Shown: positions 1-9,589 of the stretch, piece after piece
Position numbering within the stretch: position 1 is the first letter of the stretch
Layout: the number at the start of each line of letters is the position of its first letter
Assembly: GCA_964577305.1 (NCBI GenBank)
Contig: CAZNYS010000007.1
Span: 12,562 to 76,561, forward strand
Direction of reading: 5' to 3'
From: an uncultured Rikenellaceae bacterium
GTDB taxonomy: Bacteria > Bacteroidota > Bacteroidia > Bacteroidales > VadinHA17
Length of the DNA stretch: 64,000 bases
The notes under the pieces: model-generated
Databases searched by the model: none
The model's input: only the letters and a program-made list of their open reading frames with translations
What the model was told of the DNA's origin: nothing
Made by a program: the position numbers and the translations under genes

Positions 1-300
1 CTTTTCTATATTCCTGAGCTGAGATGGGCTTAATTCCTCATCGAATATTGCAAGGTTTATATCATTATCCCGGATATATGCTTCTATTTCCTTAACCTTA
101 CCGGATCCAACAAATGTTTTGGGATCGGGTACATTCAGTTTCTGAACAAATGTTATTACCGGCAATGCACCGGCTGTTTCTGTTAAAAAAGCCAGTTCAT
201 CAAGGTATTCACCTATTTCATCTTCACTCTGGAGAGGAAGTACTACACCAACAAGAACGGCACGGTCGGTTTGTTCTTCCGTTTCAATCATTTTATCCAT
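1..300 (-). CDS. hflX: GTPase HflX, N-terminal part (gene continues beyond window start)
   Basis: Not in the ORF track because it runs off the window. Reverse-strand translation from ATG (300..298) gives MDKMIETEEQTDRAVLVGVVLPLQSEDEIGEYLDELAFLTETAGALPVITFVQKLNVPDPKTFVGSGKVKEIEAYIRDNDINLAIFDEELSPSQLRNIEK. The blocks AVLVGV, FVGSGKVKEI and IFDEELSPSQLRN match the HflX N-terminal domain as I know it. Confidence 0.75.
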   Translation of the reverse strand, partial: MDKMIETEEQTDRAVLVGVVLPLQSEDEIGEYLDELAFLTETAGALPVITFVQKLNVPDPKTFVGSGKVKEIEAYIRDNDINLAIFDEELSPSQLRNIEK

Positions 301-363
301 ACTCACATATTCAATTCGAAACGACCATAAATATTTATAATGATTATATAAACTATGGAAGTT

Positions 364-1536
364 TTAAATAATGAACCTCCTGTTTCTTTCCATAGCATTT
401 CGTATTCCCATCTTAAGTGCCTCAGAACATCTTATTACCATTTCTAGGTCAGAGGGGAACGGGACAGGTTCACTCTGTATCTTTTCCATTTCAGCAGGCA
501 TCAGGGCTTCAGTATCCCCTATTGCCCTTGCTGACACATGTTCGAAATAAGAGTTTGCCGATAAAGGATCGCTCTTCAATACTTTTGCCGGGTTAACAGT
601 AACAATCTCAACTTGCCCGTCAATAACGCATTCTTTTGTTTGTATTGATTCGATGAGAGCACACTGCACATTCTTGTATTTTTTCATTTTTATATCATTC
701 CCAAGGCTATCTTTCATCACGTTACCATTACCATCCAGCACGTATTGAAAACCATCCTCAATTTCTCTTTTGATCAGGGTATCTTTCTGGAAATTATTAT
801 CAGGCGATACCGCGATTGACTTAATGATAACCGAAACAATATAATCAAAATTTGTATCCTCGTCCATCTGCCTGGTGTGGTATTCAACCCAGCTATTATC
901 GAGCCTTGGCAGGTCAAGGGCAAGCAGGTCAGATTCAAACTCTTCGGGGAAATTAATATGTGAACGATTCTCAACTCTGACAAGTACCCTGCTCATGCCC
1001 ATGTACCTTGACTCCTCAAGAAGTTGATCTATACCTTCATAATCACCAACATATTCCTTTGCCCTGGCAAACTCTGCATATGCCTGCCGATATGATTCTT
1101 TGGTGCCGTTTTTCAGCAATTCCTGGCCGTTAGCATAATAATAATCAGCAGCATGGTTCTTAGCTGTGATCATCTCCTCCATATAATCAATATAAGGGTA
1201 ATCAATGGTCCGTGAACCAGATTTGAGAGGTAATACTGTTCTTACCATTGACTGCCTGTCATGCATCTTTTTATAGATCAGGTAGATTTCATCCCAGTTT
1301 TGTGGTTTCCCTTCCATCTTCAACAATCTTATTCTCTCGTTGTCCTGTTCGAGAGCGATTCTGTAAGATTGATCCAGAATGTCAATATTTTTTATATCTT
1401 CCCTGTCCTTACGTATTTTTTCAACAGCTTTAGTAATAGCGGCATCATAATTACCTGACTGCATCTGTTTCTTTGGCGAGGAACAGGATGCAAAGAAGAC
1501 AGATATAATTACGGAATAGAAAATTACCTTTCTCAT
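364..1536 (-). CDS. lipoprotein of unknown function
   Basis: 390-aa ORF. The N-terminus MRKVIFYSVIISVFFASCSS is a lipoprotein signal with a lipobox Cys. No family recognised. It lies 63 nt upstream of hflX on the same strand. Confidence 0.7.
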   Translation of the reverse strand: MRKVIFYSVIISVFFASCSSPKKQMQSGNYDAAITKAVEKIRKDREDIKNIDILDQSYRIALEQDNERIRLLKMEGKPQNWDEIYLIYKKMHDRQSMVRTVLPLKSGSRTIDYPYIDYMEEMITAKNHAADYYYANGQELLKNGTKESYRQAYAEFARAKEYVGDYEGIDQLLEESRYMGMSRVLVRVENRSHINFPEEFESDLLALDLPRLDNSWVEYHTRQMDEDTNFDYIVSVIIKSIAVSPDNNFQKDTLIKREIEDGFQYVLDGNGNVMKDSLGNDIKMKKYKNVQCALIESIQTKECVIDGQVEIVTVNPAKVLKSDPLSANSYFEHVSARAIGDTEALMPAEMEKIQSEPVPFPSDLEMVIRCSEALKMGIRNAMERNRRFII

Positions 1537-1591
1537 TTTTATGCGAATATTGGTTTATTGGCTCTAAAGATATGATAATATAATTTCCCTG

Positions 1592-1624
1592 AAAAAAAAA
1601 GCCGCCTCATTTAACAGGGCGGCT
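1592..1624 (-). terminator. rho-independent terminator after the TonB-family gene
   Basis: On the minus strand: agccgccctgttaaatgaggcggct (7-bp GC stem agccgcc/ggcggct) followed by a run of 9 T. It lies 23 nt downstream of the stop at 1647. Confidence 0.6.
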
Positions 1625-1646
1625 AAATTAATATTTCTATAATTTT

Positions 1647-2336
1647 TTATTGTAACTGGAAGTTAACCGTAATTGAAAAGCGTACCCTTACAGGTGCACC
1701 TCTTTGTTTACCAGGAGACCATTTTGGTGAAGTTTGAACTACCCTCTGTGCTTCCTGGTCGAGTGCAGGGTCAACACCTCTCATAATTGTAACATTACTT
1801 ACTGAACCATCAGGCTCGACAACGAACATAATGAATACTTTACCCTGGATGCCATTTTCTGCGGCTATCTGTGGATACTTGATTCTTTGCTGAACCCATT
1901 CACGGAATTTATTCACATCGCCGCCTCTGAATGTAGGCATATCTTCAACAACAACAAAAATTTCCTCTTCTTCTTCTTCTTGTTCTTCCGTTACTTCAAA
2001 ATCATACATTTGAATCTCGTCATCGAAGTCAGCTTCATCATCTTCAAACAATACTTCATGGTCGATGGCAACATTATCTTCAACAATATCAAATATATCA
2101 GTCACCTTGGGTATTTCAGGCGGAGTTTCGGGCTGCTGTTCCTCCATTTCGGTAATTGGTATCATCTCCTCTTCAATCACATCATCACCACCAGTGTCGA
2201 AAGGATTATCTTCCCTGCTCCCTGATGACCATTCAAAAGCAATAAGGCATAATGCCAGAACAATTACAATTCCTAATTGTAAGAATATACCTTTGCTCTT
2301 TTCCAGATTTACATTGTCGTTTTTCTTGATTTCCAT
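1647..2336 (-). CDS. energy transducer TonB family protein
   Basis: The C-terminal domain reads MPTFRGGDVNKFREWVQQRIKYPQIAAENGIQGKVFIMFVVEPDGSVSNVTIMRGVDPALDQEAQRVV (TonB_C pattern). There is an acidic/Pro linker (EEQQPETPPEIP, EEQEEEEEE) and an N-terminal TM anchor GIFLQLGIVIVLALCLIAF. The ORF is open from 2387, but ATG at 2336 (MEIKKND) is the likely start. Confidence 0.8.
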   Translation of the reverse strand: MEIKKNDNVNLEKSKGIFLQLGIVIVLALCLIAFEWSSGSREDNPFDTGGDDVIEEEMIPITEMEEQQPETPPEIPKVTDIFDIVEDNVAIDHEVLFEDDEADFDDEIQMYDFEVTEEQEEEEEEIFVVVEDMPTFRGGDVNKFREWVQQRIKYPQIAAENGIQGKVFIMFVVEPDGSVSNVTIMRGVDPALDQEAQRVVQTSPKWSPGKQRGAPVRVRFSITVNFQLQ

Positions 2337-2527
2337 ATTTTCACGTTTTGAGAGCCTAAAAATAAGTATTAAAAAGAATAAAGTCAAAATTTTATTAAAA
2401 TACTATCAATAATATATGAAATAATTCCTCTTGTGTCAATTGTATCCATGATAAAATGCTCTGTCAATTATTCCTTTAAAAAAAACACGTCGCTCTAACC
2501 TGACTTTGTATATAACAATTTTTAATA

Positions 2528-2535
2528 TATTTTTG
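2528..2535 (+). promoter_or_regulatory. Bacteroidota-type -7 box (TAnnTTTG) for tRNA-Ala
   Basis: tatttttg ends 12 nt before the tRNA 5' end. Confidence 0.45.
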
Positions 2536-2547
2536 CAGAACATTTAC

Positions 2548-2621
2548 GGGGATATAGCTCAGTTGGCTAGAGTGCGTGACTGGCAGTCACGAGGTCAGGG
2601 GTTCGATTCCCCTTATCTCCA
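2548..2621 (+). tRNA. tRNA-Ala (anticodon GGC)
   Basis: Hand-folded cloverleaf. Acceptor GGGGATA/TATCTCC carries the G3:U70 alanine identity pair. Anticodon stem CGTGA/TCACG, loop CTGGCAG. T arm AGGGG-TTCGATT-CCCCT, discriminator A. CCA is not fully encoded (ACCT). Confidence 0.9.
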
Positions 2622-2646
2622 CCTCCGCAGGATCAAGGATCAAGCA

Positions 2647-2762
2647 GAAAACAATCACCCCCGCCAGGGGGCTTTGGTTTTTATAACGGCTCGACGGAAG
2701 CTCGCTTCCGGGAGAGTCGTTATAAAAAACAAAATATGCTCGCGCAGCGAGTGATTGTTTTT
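2647..2762. repeat. nested-hairpin element directly downstream of tRNA-Ala
   Basis: Outer 11-bp inverted repeat aaaacaatcac (2648..2658) / gtgattgtttt (2751..2761). It encloses three hairpins: ccccc-gcca-ggggg (2658..2671), a perfect 11-bp stem tttttataacg / cgttataaaaa (2678..2688 / 2718..2728) with inner ggaagc/gcttcc, and ctcgc-gca-gcgag (2739..2751). Confidence 0.6.
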
Positions 2763-2972
2763 TGTTTGCAGTACCGAACCCAAGGAGTCGCCGAACGCAG
2801 TGAGGCACCATTAGCGCACCAGCCACTACAAACCATAATCACTCCTAACCTTCACTAACCATAAAATTCCAACACTATCAAAGAACATAATCAAACATGC
2901 ATTAAAGCATGATCTGTCAATAAATTAGCAGCAAAAATTGTGCCTTTATTGTTTGTTTAAGTGTTGAACCGA

Positions 2973-3047
2973 GCCCCGGGTATTCGGGGCGAGCTCGCGA
3001 GTCCCGAATCTTCGATTCGAGGATCCTCGAAAAAGCTTAACTTTTTC
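2973..3047. repeat. cluster of short GC hairpins/palindromes
   Basis: gccccg-ggtatt-cggggc (2973..2990); cgagctcgc core shared with 44333 and 60942; 14-nt perfect palindrome tcgaggatcctcga (3017..3030); gaaaaag-cttaa-ctttttc (3029..3047). Confidence 0.5.
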
Positions 3048-3178
3048 GGGACGGTGATTGTGGCCGGTGTGAGCGAGCAATTGTTTTAAGTGTAGCAGGA
3101 TCATCTGGGTTCGTCGGAATTTATTTTTTCCCGTAAAATAAATACCTTAGTCTTTTAAGTTACCTGAAATATAAGTCC

Positions 3179-5338
3179 ATGAAAAAAGCATTATTTTTTA
3201 TTCCCATAATTCTGTTTGCCACTTCCTGTTCCCTTTCACAGGAGTACCCGTTTCAAGACACTGACCTGAGCGATGACGAGAGGTTGGATAACCTTATATC
3301 CTTGATGACTCTTGACGAAAAAATCGATCATCTCTCTTCCCGTTTACCCGGAATACCAAGGCTTGGTGTCAGAGGAACCCGGCTTGTTGAAGGATTGCAT
3401 GGCCTCGCCCTTAGCGGTCCGGCTAACTGGTCGGTAAGAGGCAAAGGTGAGGCGCCCACCACTACGTTTCCCCAGGCAATCGGTCTTGCCCAGATGTGGG
3501 ACCCGGAGCTACATGAGAAAATTGCTGCATGGGAAGCCTATGAAACACGTTACCTGACCCAGAATAAAGACTATGCCAGTGCCGGACTGATAGTCCTGGC
3601 TCCCAATGCCGACCTGGGCAGAGATATACGATGGGGGCGCACTGAAGAGTGTTACGGTGAAGATGCATACCTTGCATCAGTCCTCGTTACCGCTTATGTT
3701 AAAGGATTACAGGGGAATCATCCACGGTACTGGAAAACAGCCTCCCTTATGAAACATTTCCTGGCTAACAGTAATGAAAATAACCGTAACATCAACTCAT
3801 CAGATTTTGACGAACGCCTGTTCCGCGAGTACTATTCCTATCCCTTTTGCAAAGGGGTTGTTGAGGGCGGATCCAGGGCATTCATGGCTGCTTATAACAA
3901 GTATAACGGTATCCCCTGCACGGTGCATCCAATGTTAAAAGATGTTGCGGTAAACGAATGGGGACAGAACGGGATCATCTGTACCGACGGCGGTGCCTTC
4001 ACACTATTGGTAAACTCACATAAATATTACCCTGACTTACCGGAAGCTGCAGCAGCATGTATTAAAGCCGGCATTACAATGTTCCTTGATAACTATAAGC
4101 CTTCCCTGCGAGATGCAATCAAAAAAGGACTTGTTTCAGAAGAAGAGATAGATGATGCAGTCCGGGGGACACTGAGGGTTATGCTCAGACTGGGTCTGCT
4201 GGACAACAGCCCGGAAAATCCATACGACAGTATTGGAATTGAAGATACAACCAGGCCATGGACCAGGCAGGAAGCAATCGACCTGGCAAGAGAAGCTACG
4301 GTGAAATCTGTGGTGTTAATGAAAAACGATGGATTACTGCCATTTAATAAGAATGAGATTACCTCCATTGCGGTCATCGGACCAAGTGCCGACCTGGTTG
4401 TTCCAGATTGGTATTCCGGTACCCCTCCGTACAGGGTGTCAATACTTGATGGTATAAGGAATGCCATTGATGATAATACTGAAGTGCGGTTTGCAGCAAG
4501 TAACAAAGCCGATTCGGCAATAATAGCAGCCAGTGAGTCGGATGTGGCTATTGTATGTATCGGTAACCACCCCCTGAGCTATGGACTGGGCTGGGGTCAG
4601 AACCATGTTTCCAGTGACGGCCGCGAGGATGTAGACCGCCAGGCAATATCACTTGAACAGGAGGACCTGGTTAAACTGGTAAAAACCGTTAATCCGAACA
4701 CCGTACTTATATTGGTCTCCAGTTTCCCTTATGCAATCCCCTGGTCCAGGGACAATATTCCGGCTATCCTTCATGTGACCCAATCCAGTCAGGAAATGGG
4801 TAATGGAGTAGCAGATATACTGTTCGGGGAGGTAAGCCCTGCAGGCCGTCTCGTGCAGACCTGGTCAGCATCAATAAACCACCTCTTACCCATCCTGGAT
4901 TACAACATCCGTAACGGCCGAACCTATAAGTACGACAGTAATGAACCTCTTTTTGCATTTGGCCATGGCCTGAGCTATACCTCGTTCGAGTATTCTGATC
5001 TTATCATTGACCGCCAAACAATACAGGACGGAGAGACTGTTAATGTTTCCCTAACAGTGAAAAATAGCGGTTCAGTAAATAGCGATGAAGTGGTACAACT
5101 CTATGTAAGCTTCCCGGACTCGAAAGTTGAACGGCCGGTTAAAGCATTAAAAGGATTCAGGCGGGTCCATATTCCTGCAGGTGAAAGCATGAAGGTTACC
5201 ATTCCGTTGGAAGCCGATGAACTGAGGTTCTGGAATAAAGAAAAACATGCTTTCGTGCTGGAAAAGGGTCAGCTGAGATTGATGGTCGGGGCTTCTTCGG
5301 CAGATATACGGCTGACAGGAACATTGGAGGCAAAGTGA
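3179..5338 (+). CDS. glycoside hydrolase family 3 (beta-glucosidase / beta-xylosidase-like) lipoprotein
   Basis: 719 aa. Lipoprotein signal MKKALFFIPIILFATSCS. GH3-type blocks RWGRTEECYGED, KHFLANSNE, AYNKYNG and ICTDGGA. Fn3-like tail GHGLSYTSFEYS...VQLYVSFP...LKGFRRV. Confidence 0.85.
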   Translation: MKKALFFIPIILFATSCSLSQEYPFQDTDLSDDERLDNLISLMTLDEKIDHLSSRLPGIPRLGVRGTRLVEGLHGLALSGPANWSVRGKGEAPTTTFPQAIGLAQMWDPELHEKIAAWEAYETRYLTQNKDYASAGLIVLAPNADLGRDIRWGRTEECYGEDAYLASVLVTAYVKGLQGNHPRYWKTASLMKHFLANSNENNRNINSSDFDERLFREYYSYPFCKGVVEGGSRAFMAAYNKYNGIPCTVHPMLKDVAVNEWGQNGIICTDGGAFTLLVNSHKYYPDLPEAAAACIKAGITMFLDNYKPSLRDAIKKGLVSEEEIDDAVRGTLRVMLRLGLLDNSPENPYDSIGIEDTTRPWTRQEAIDLAREATVKSVVLMKNDGLLPFNKNEITSIAVIGPSADLVVPDWYSGTPPYRVSILDGIRNAIDDNTEVRFAASNKADSAIIAASESDVAIVCIGNHPLSYGLGWGQNHVSSDGREDVDRQAISLEQEDLVKLVKTVNPNTVLILVSSFPYAIPWSRDNIPAILHVTQSSQEMGNGVADILFGEVSPAGRLVQTWSASINHLLPILDYNIRNGRTYKYDSNEPLFAFGHGLSYTSFEYSDLIIDRQTIQDGETVNVSLTVKNSGSVNSDEVVQLYVSFPDSKVERPVKALKGFRRVHIPAGESMKVTIPLEADELRFWNKEKHAFVLEKGQLRLMVGASSADIRLTGTLEAK

Positions 5339-5384
5339 ATTGTAATATTTTTCTTATCAAATAGTGGCTCATTCCCAGTACCTG

Positions 5385-6407
5385 TTAATGAACCAGCATC
5401 ATACTTTTTGTAACTATTTGATCCTCTGTTATAAGTGAATAGGAGTAAATACCATCAGGCAGGCAGGTTCCTTCAAAAATAACACTGTACTTGCCGGGCA
5501 GCATATATTCATTTATCATTTCATAGCATTTATATCCATATTCATTAAATAAGGATAGCTCGATAAAACCAGCTGTTTCAGTTTCAAAATCAATCCTTGT
5601 AGTTGTTTTAAATGGATTAGGGTAATTCTGATTAAGATAAAGACCCGTTGATTTCATTTCACCTGTTCCCAACTGTATATCTGGAAGGTTCCAGGTAGTA
5701 GGACTCCTGAATACAACGCCCTTTGCAACACTTTGAAAATACCTTGCTTCATTCGCCGGCAAAAAAGCAAAATAGGTTATACCAGCAGGACTTTCAAGAA
5801 AAATTACAGAATAAATCACGCAGGCCATAAGGTAAGAACCCCGGGGTGAAGGATGATTATAATCTTCCATATGCAGGTAGTGCAGTGGATAAGCTTGCTC
5901 TTCCAGTACCCGGTACCAGGCCCATCCTACCGGGGCAATTATTATATCAAGTTCGTTACAATATTTAAGTGTATTATCATAAATCTTTAACTGCATATCT
6001 TCATAATCGTCGGTCCAGCCTGCCAGCCATGTCATACCATCCTCAAAAGCCCAGGGCATAGTGAATATTATTTTTGTTGAATCACATTTACCGGTGATTT
6101 TTTCTTTCAAAATCTCAAGTGACTCAAACACTCTGGCATGGCTATAGTATTCCGGATATGCTGTTCCTGCACCTGAACCCTGTAAAACAGCATAATCCCA
6201 CTCCTGATCATTGATCAAAGCCTCAACATCAGTACTCTGAGCCCAATCAGATAAACCGGTATTTTCAACCATATAATCATCAATTTGCACCACTTTGCCG
6301 CCGTAATTCGCTAGGTTCCTGACAAGTGAAGGAAGATGATTGTAAAGGGAATAGCTGTTCCCCAAAAATAAAATTTTGCATGTATCCCCTGAAACTGACA
6401 GATTCAA
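5385..6407 (-). CDS. SGNH/GDSL-like hydrolase with T9SS C-terminal sorting domain (N-terminus interrupted, possible pseudogene)
   Basis: Block-I-like motif KILFLGNSYS lies near the N-terminus. The C-terminus NQNYPNPFKTTTRIDFETETAGFIELSLFNEYGYKCYEMINEYMLPGKYSVIFEGTCLPDGIYSYSLITEDQIVTKSMMLV follows the Por/T9SS CTD pattern. The ORF begins at TTG immediately after an in-frame TAA, so no signal peptide lies within it (see finding). Confidence 0.7.
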   Translation of the reverse strand: MNLSVSGDTCKILFLGNSYSLYNHLPSLVRNLANYGGKVVQIDDYMVENTGLSDWAQSTDVEALINDQEWDYAVLQGSGAGTAYPEYYSHARVFESLEILKEKITGKCDSTKIIFTMPWAFEDGMTWLAGWTDDYEDMQLKIYDNTLKYCNELDIIIAPVGWAWYRVLEEQAYPLHYLHMEDYNHPSPRGSYLMACVIYSVIFLESPAGITYFAFLPANEARYFQSVAKGVVFRSPTTWNLPDIQLGTGEMKSTGLYLNQNYPNPFKTTTRIDFETETAGFIELSLFNEYGYKCYEMINEYMLPGKYSVIFEGTCLPDGIYSYSLITEDQIVTKSMMLVH

Positions 6408-6767
6408 TTAATAAGCAGATTGACTGATCGAATATAATATTGAGATAATATATATTATTAACCGCTCCATATTATTATGACCCTTAACAGAGGAAATAAC
6501 CTATTTTCAGTGTCTCTTTTCATTGGCGAGCCTTGCGGGAGCGCATCCGGAACCGAACGATGAGTGCCCGGCCAGCATTGTAAGGACGGGTTATTTGATA
6601 TCGAGTCAGCGGAGAGGGTTGGATCAGGAGCCTCACACCATCATTATTTCATATTTTCAACATTCTAATCTTTATTAAATTCTTCGCTACGCCCTTCAGG
6701 CTGAGCTCAGAATTACAGGGATTTATTATATTTACACTTTTTGTGGTATTAACAAATAATCCTTACT

Positions 6768-9473
6768 ATGAAAAAGACTATAAGCCTTACCCTGCTGATT
6801 ATCCTTGCATCGTTTCAGCTTGAAGCCCAGAAGAAAGATCTTACACGTGAAGATTATGATAAGTGGCAAAACCTTGGATCCTATACTATCTCTGATAATG
6901 GCAAATGGATCTCGTATACAGTATCACCCGTTGAAGGAAATGATACTCTGTTTATAATATCATCTGATAAAGAAAAGGAATATAAACTCGGGCTCTGTTC
7001 TTCTCCTTCTTTCTCTGATGACTCACATTGGGTGGCAGCAAGAAAGGGTTACAGTAAGGAAGAAACCGAGAAGATGAATGAACAGAAAAAGAGAGTCCGG
7101 AACAAGCTTGTTCTTATTGAGCTGGATCAAGGGACAAAAAGAGTATTTGACGATATACAACAGTTTACCCTCAGCAAAGACTGTAAGCACCTTATTATGA
7201 GCGGGTATGCCGATGAGAAAACAAAAAGATATGACCTATATATTTATGATCTCAATAGTGGCTCAATGAAAAATATAGGAAATGTATCAGATCATAACCT
7301 TAATAAAAAAGGCAACCGCCTTGCCTATATAATTGATGCTGAAGGGAAGAAAGGCAACGGAGTGGAATTATTCAATCTTGATGATTATTCCATAAGGATT
7401 ATCGATACCGATACAACCACATACACCAAACTGGTATGGGAAAAAGAAGGTGATGCTTTTAGCTTTCTCAAGTCCTTTTCTGATACTGGTTATATTGAAA
7501 AGAATCATAGTGTTTTCGCTGTTCTGGATATATATAATAATCTGCATATTAAAACTCTTAACCCACTTGATCAGGATGTTATACCTGATAGTATGAGAGT
7601 ACGTGAAAATTTTACTCCCCGGTTCTCAAAAGATATGAGCATTCTGTATTTCGGTATTTATGACTGGAATGTAAAGGAGAAAAAAGAAAAAGGGAAGGAC
7701 AAGAAGGATGAAAAAATACCTGATGTCGATATATGGCACTGGAAAGATGATCCCATACAACCAGCACAGGAAAAGATATATGAGAGATCTGACAAAGATT
7801 TTATATACCTGTGCTCATGGAACCTGGACAACAACAGTGTAAACAGGATTACCGACGAGGAATTGAGGGAATATGATATCACGGCTGATGGGAAAAACGT
7901 GGTTATAAGAACCGATCTTCCTTACCAGCCTGCTTTCAGACAGGAATATTATGACCATTATATTGTAAATGCCTCAAATGGCGAAAAGAAACTTATAATT
8001 AAGAACTTCACCCGCCTGGGCAGTTCATCACCTGACGGTAAATTCATCCCGTACTTCAGGGAAAAAAACTGGTGGGTATATGATATTCAAAAAAATGAAA
8101 ACAGGATAATCAGTTCAGCTATAGATACCGATCTGTGGAATACCAGGGATGACAGCCCAAGGGAAATAAAGCCTCCTTTTGGCTCGGGGGGATGGTACGA
8201 GGACGACAGTCACATGCTTATTTATGATGAATATGATTTATGGAAGGTAAACCCTGTTACTGCTGAAGCAAAAAAGCTTACAGACGGACGGGAGGATGAG
8301 ATCATATTCAGAACAATAAGGCTTGATTATGAGAATAATTACTTTGAACAGGATAAGGACCTTTACCTTTCGGCCAGGGGAGATAAAACAAAAAAAAGTG
8401 GTTTCTCCCGTATAAGCCCTGAAGGTAAAAGCCACAAGCTGATCTTTGATGATTATTATATTTCAGGACTTAGAAAAGCAAAATCTGTTGACAGATTGAT
8501 ATACCGTTCTGAAAGTTATTCCGATTCGCCTGATCTTTTCTTAACAAACAGCCTTTTCAGGAATAAAGAGCAGCTCACAAATACTAACCCTCAGCAGGTT
8601 GACTATTACTGGGGGAAAAGTGAACTTATTGATTACACCAACAGAGATGGCAAAGAGTTACAGGGTGCACTGTTTTATCCTGCCAATTATGAAGAAGGTA
8701 AAGAGTACCCGATGATAGTTTATATATATGAGACCAGGTCTACCACAGTGCACCTGTATGCTAGTCCAAGCCCAAAAAGCGCATATAATACAAGTAACTA
8801 TACTACGAGTGGCTTTTTTGTCTTCCAGCCCGATATAGTTTATAAAACGAATCACCCGGGTGAGTCAGCTGCTGATTGTGTTATCCCGGCGGTTGAGAAA
8901 GTGCTGGAAACAGGAATGATAGATAAGGATAAGATCGCCCTTATAGGACATAGCTGGGGGGCTTACCAGACAAGTTTTATTATCACCCAGACCGACCTGT
9001 TCGCGGCAGCAATAGCAGGTGCTCCCCTGATAAACATGATCAGTATGTATAATGAGATCTACTGGAATTCAGGGAGCCCTAATCAGTCAATTTTTGAAAC
9101 ATCCCAGGGCAGGCTGAGAGAACCATGGTGGGAAATCATGGATGAGTATATGGGCAATTCGCCTATGTTCAATGCTGCTAATATTACAACTCCACTGCTT
9201 GTTACTTTTGGTAACCAGGATGGAGCCGTTGACTGGCACCAGGGCATAGAAATGTTTACAACAATGCGCAGGATGCAAAAACCTTATATCATGCTTGTTT
9301 ATGAAGGAGAAAACCATGGTTTGAGGAAAGAGGAAAATATGCTGGATTATTCATTGAAGGTGAAACAGTTCATCGATCATTATCTCCTGGGTAAGCCTGC
9401 TGAAGATTGGATAAAAGAGGGTAAAACTTACATGGAGAAAAAAGAAGAAGAAGATCTGGCAAAAGAAAAGTAA
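6768..9473 (+). CDS. S9 family serine peptidase (prolyl oligopeptidase / acylaminoacyl-peptidase-like) with N-terminal propeller
   Basis: 901 aa. Signal peptide MKKTISLTLLIILASFQLEAQ. C-terminal alpha/beta-hydrolase part has the nucleophile elbow IGHSWGAY, and later GNQDGAVDW and ENHGL (Asp/His candidates). Confidence 0.8.
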   Translation: MKKTISLTLLIILASFQLEAQKKDLTREDYDKWQNLGSYTISDNGKWISYTVSPVEGNDTLFIISSDKEKEYKLGLCSSPSFSDDSHWVAARKGYSKEETEKMNEQKKRVRNKLVLIELDQGTKRVFDDIQQFTLSKDCKHLIMSGYADEKTKRYDLYIYDLNSGSMKNIGNVSDHNLNKKGNRLAYIIDAEGKKGNGVELFNLDDYSIRIIDTDTTTYTKLVWEKEGDAFSFLKSFSDTGYIEKNHSVFAVLDIYNNLHIKTLNPLDQDVIPDSMRVRENFTPRFSKDMSILYFGIYDWNVKEKKEKGKDKKDEKIPDVDIWHWKDDPIQPAQEKIYERSDKDFIYLCSWNLDNNSVNRITDEELREYDITADGKNVVIRTDLPYQPAFRQEYYDHYIVNASNGEKKLIIKNFTRLGSSSPDGKFIPYFREKNWWVYDIQKNENRIISSAIDTDLWNTRDDSPREIKPPFGSGGWYEDDSHMLIYDEYDLWKVNPVTAEAKKLTDGREDEIIFRTIRLDYENNYFEQDKDLYLSARGDKTKKSGFSRISPEGKSHKLIFDDYYISGLRKAKSVDRLIYRSESYSDSPDLFLTNSLFRNKEQLTNTNPQQVDYYWGKSELIDYTNRDGKELQGALFYPANYEEGKEYPMIVYIYETRSTTVHLYASPSPKSAYNTSNYTTSGFFVFQPDIVYKTNHPGESAADCVIPAVEKVLETGMIDKDKIALIGHSWGAYQTSFIITQTDLFAAAIAGAPLINMISMYNEIYWNSGSPNQSIFETSQGRLREPWWEIMDEYMGNSPMFNAANITTPLLVTFGNQDGAVDWHQGIEMFTTMRRMQKPYIMLVYEGENHGLRKEENMLDYSLKVKQFIDHYLLGKPAEDWIKEGKTYMEKKEEEDLAKEK

Positions 9474-9589
9474 CCACAATATATAAAGGCATTAATATAA
9501 TTCCCTGATATATAATGAGCATAAATTTATTGAACGGTAATAATTATTAATTACTTTTAAAATTCGTATTGGTTCACAATTAATTCTCA

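Noticed and set aside
114-371. 85-aa plus-strand ORF
   Set aside because: It lies antisense to the clearly recognisable hflX N-terminal coding sequence (1..300, minus strand). It is a shadow ORF with no motif.
2506-2826. ORFs 2506..2754 (+) and 2587..2826 (-)
   Set aside because: They are translations across tRNA-Ala (GDIAQLARVRDWQSRGQGFDSPYLHL is the typical tRNA read-through peptide) and the hairpin element. They are not coding.
2624-3178. Integrated mobile element or integrase next to tRNA-Ala, and likewise next to tRNA-Leu at 39871..41394
   Set aside because: No integrase, transposase or phage-like ORF occurs on either strand. Only non-coding repeats and orphan small genes are present. 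The evidence supports at most a scar, which is reported as a low-interest finding.
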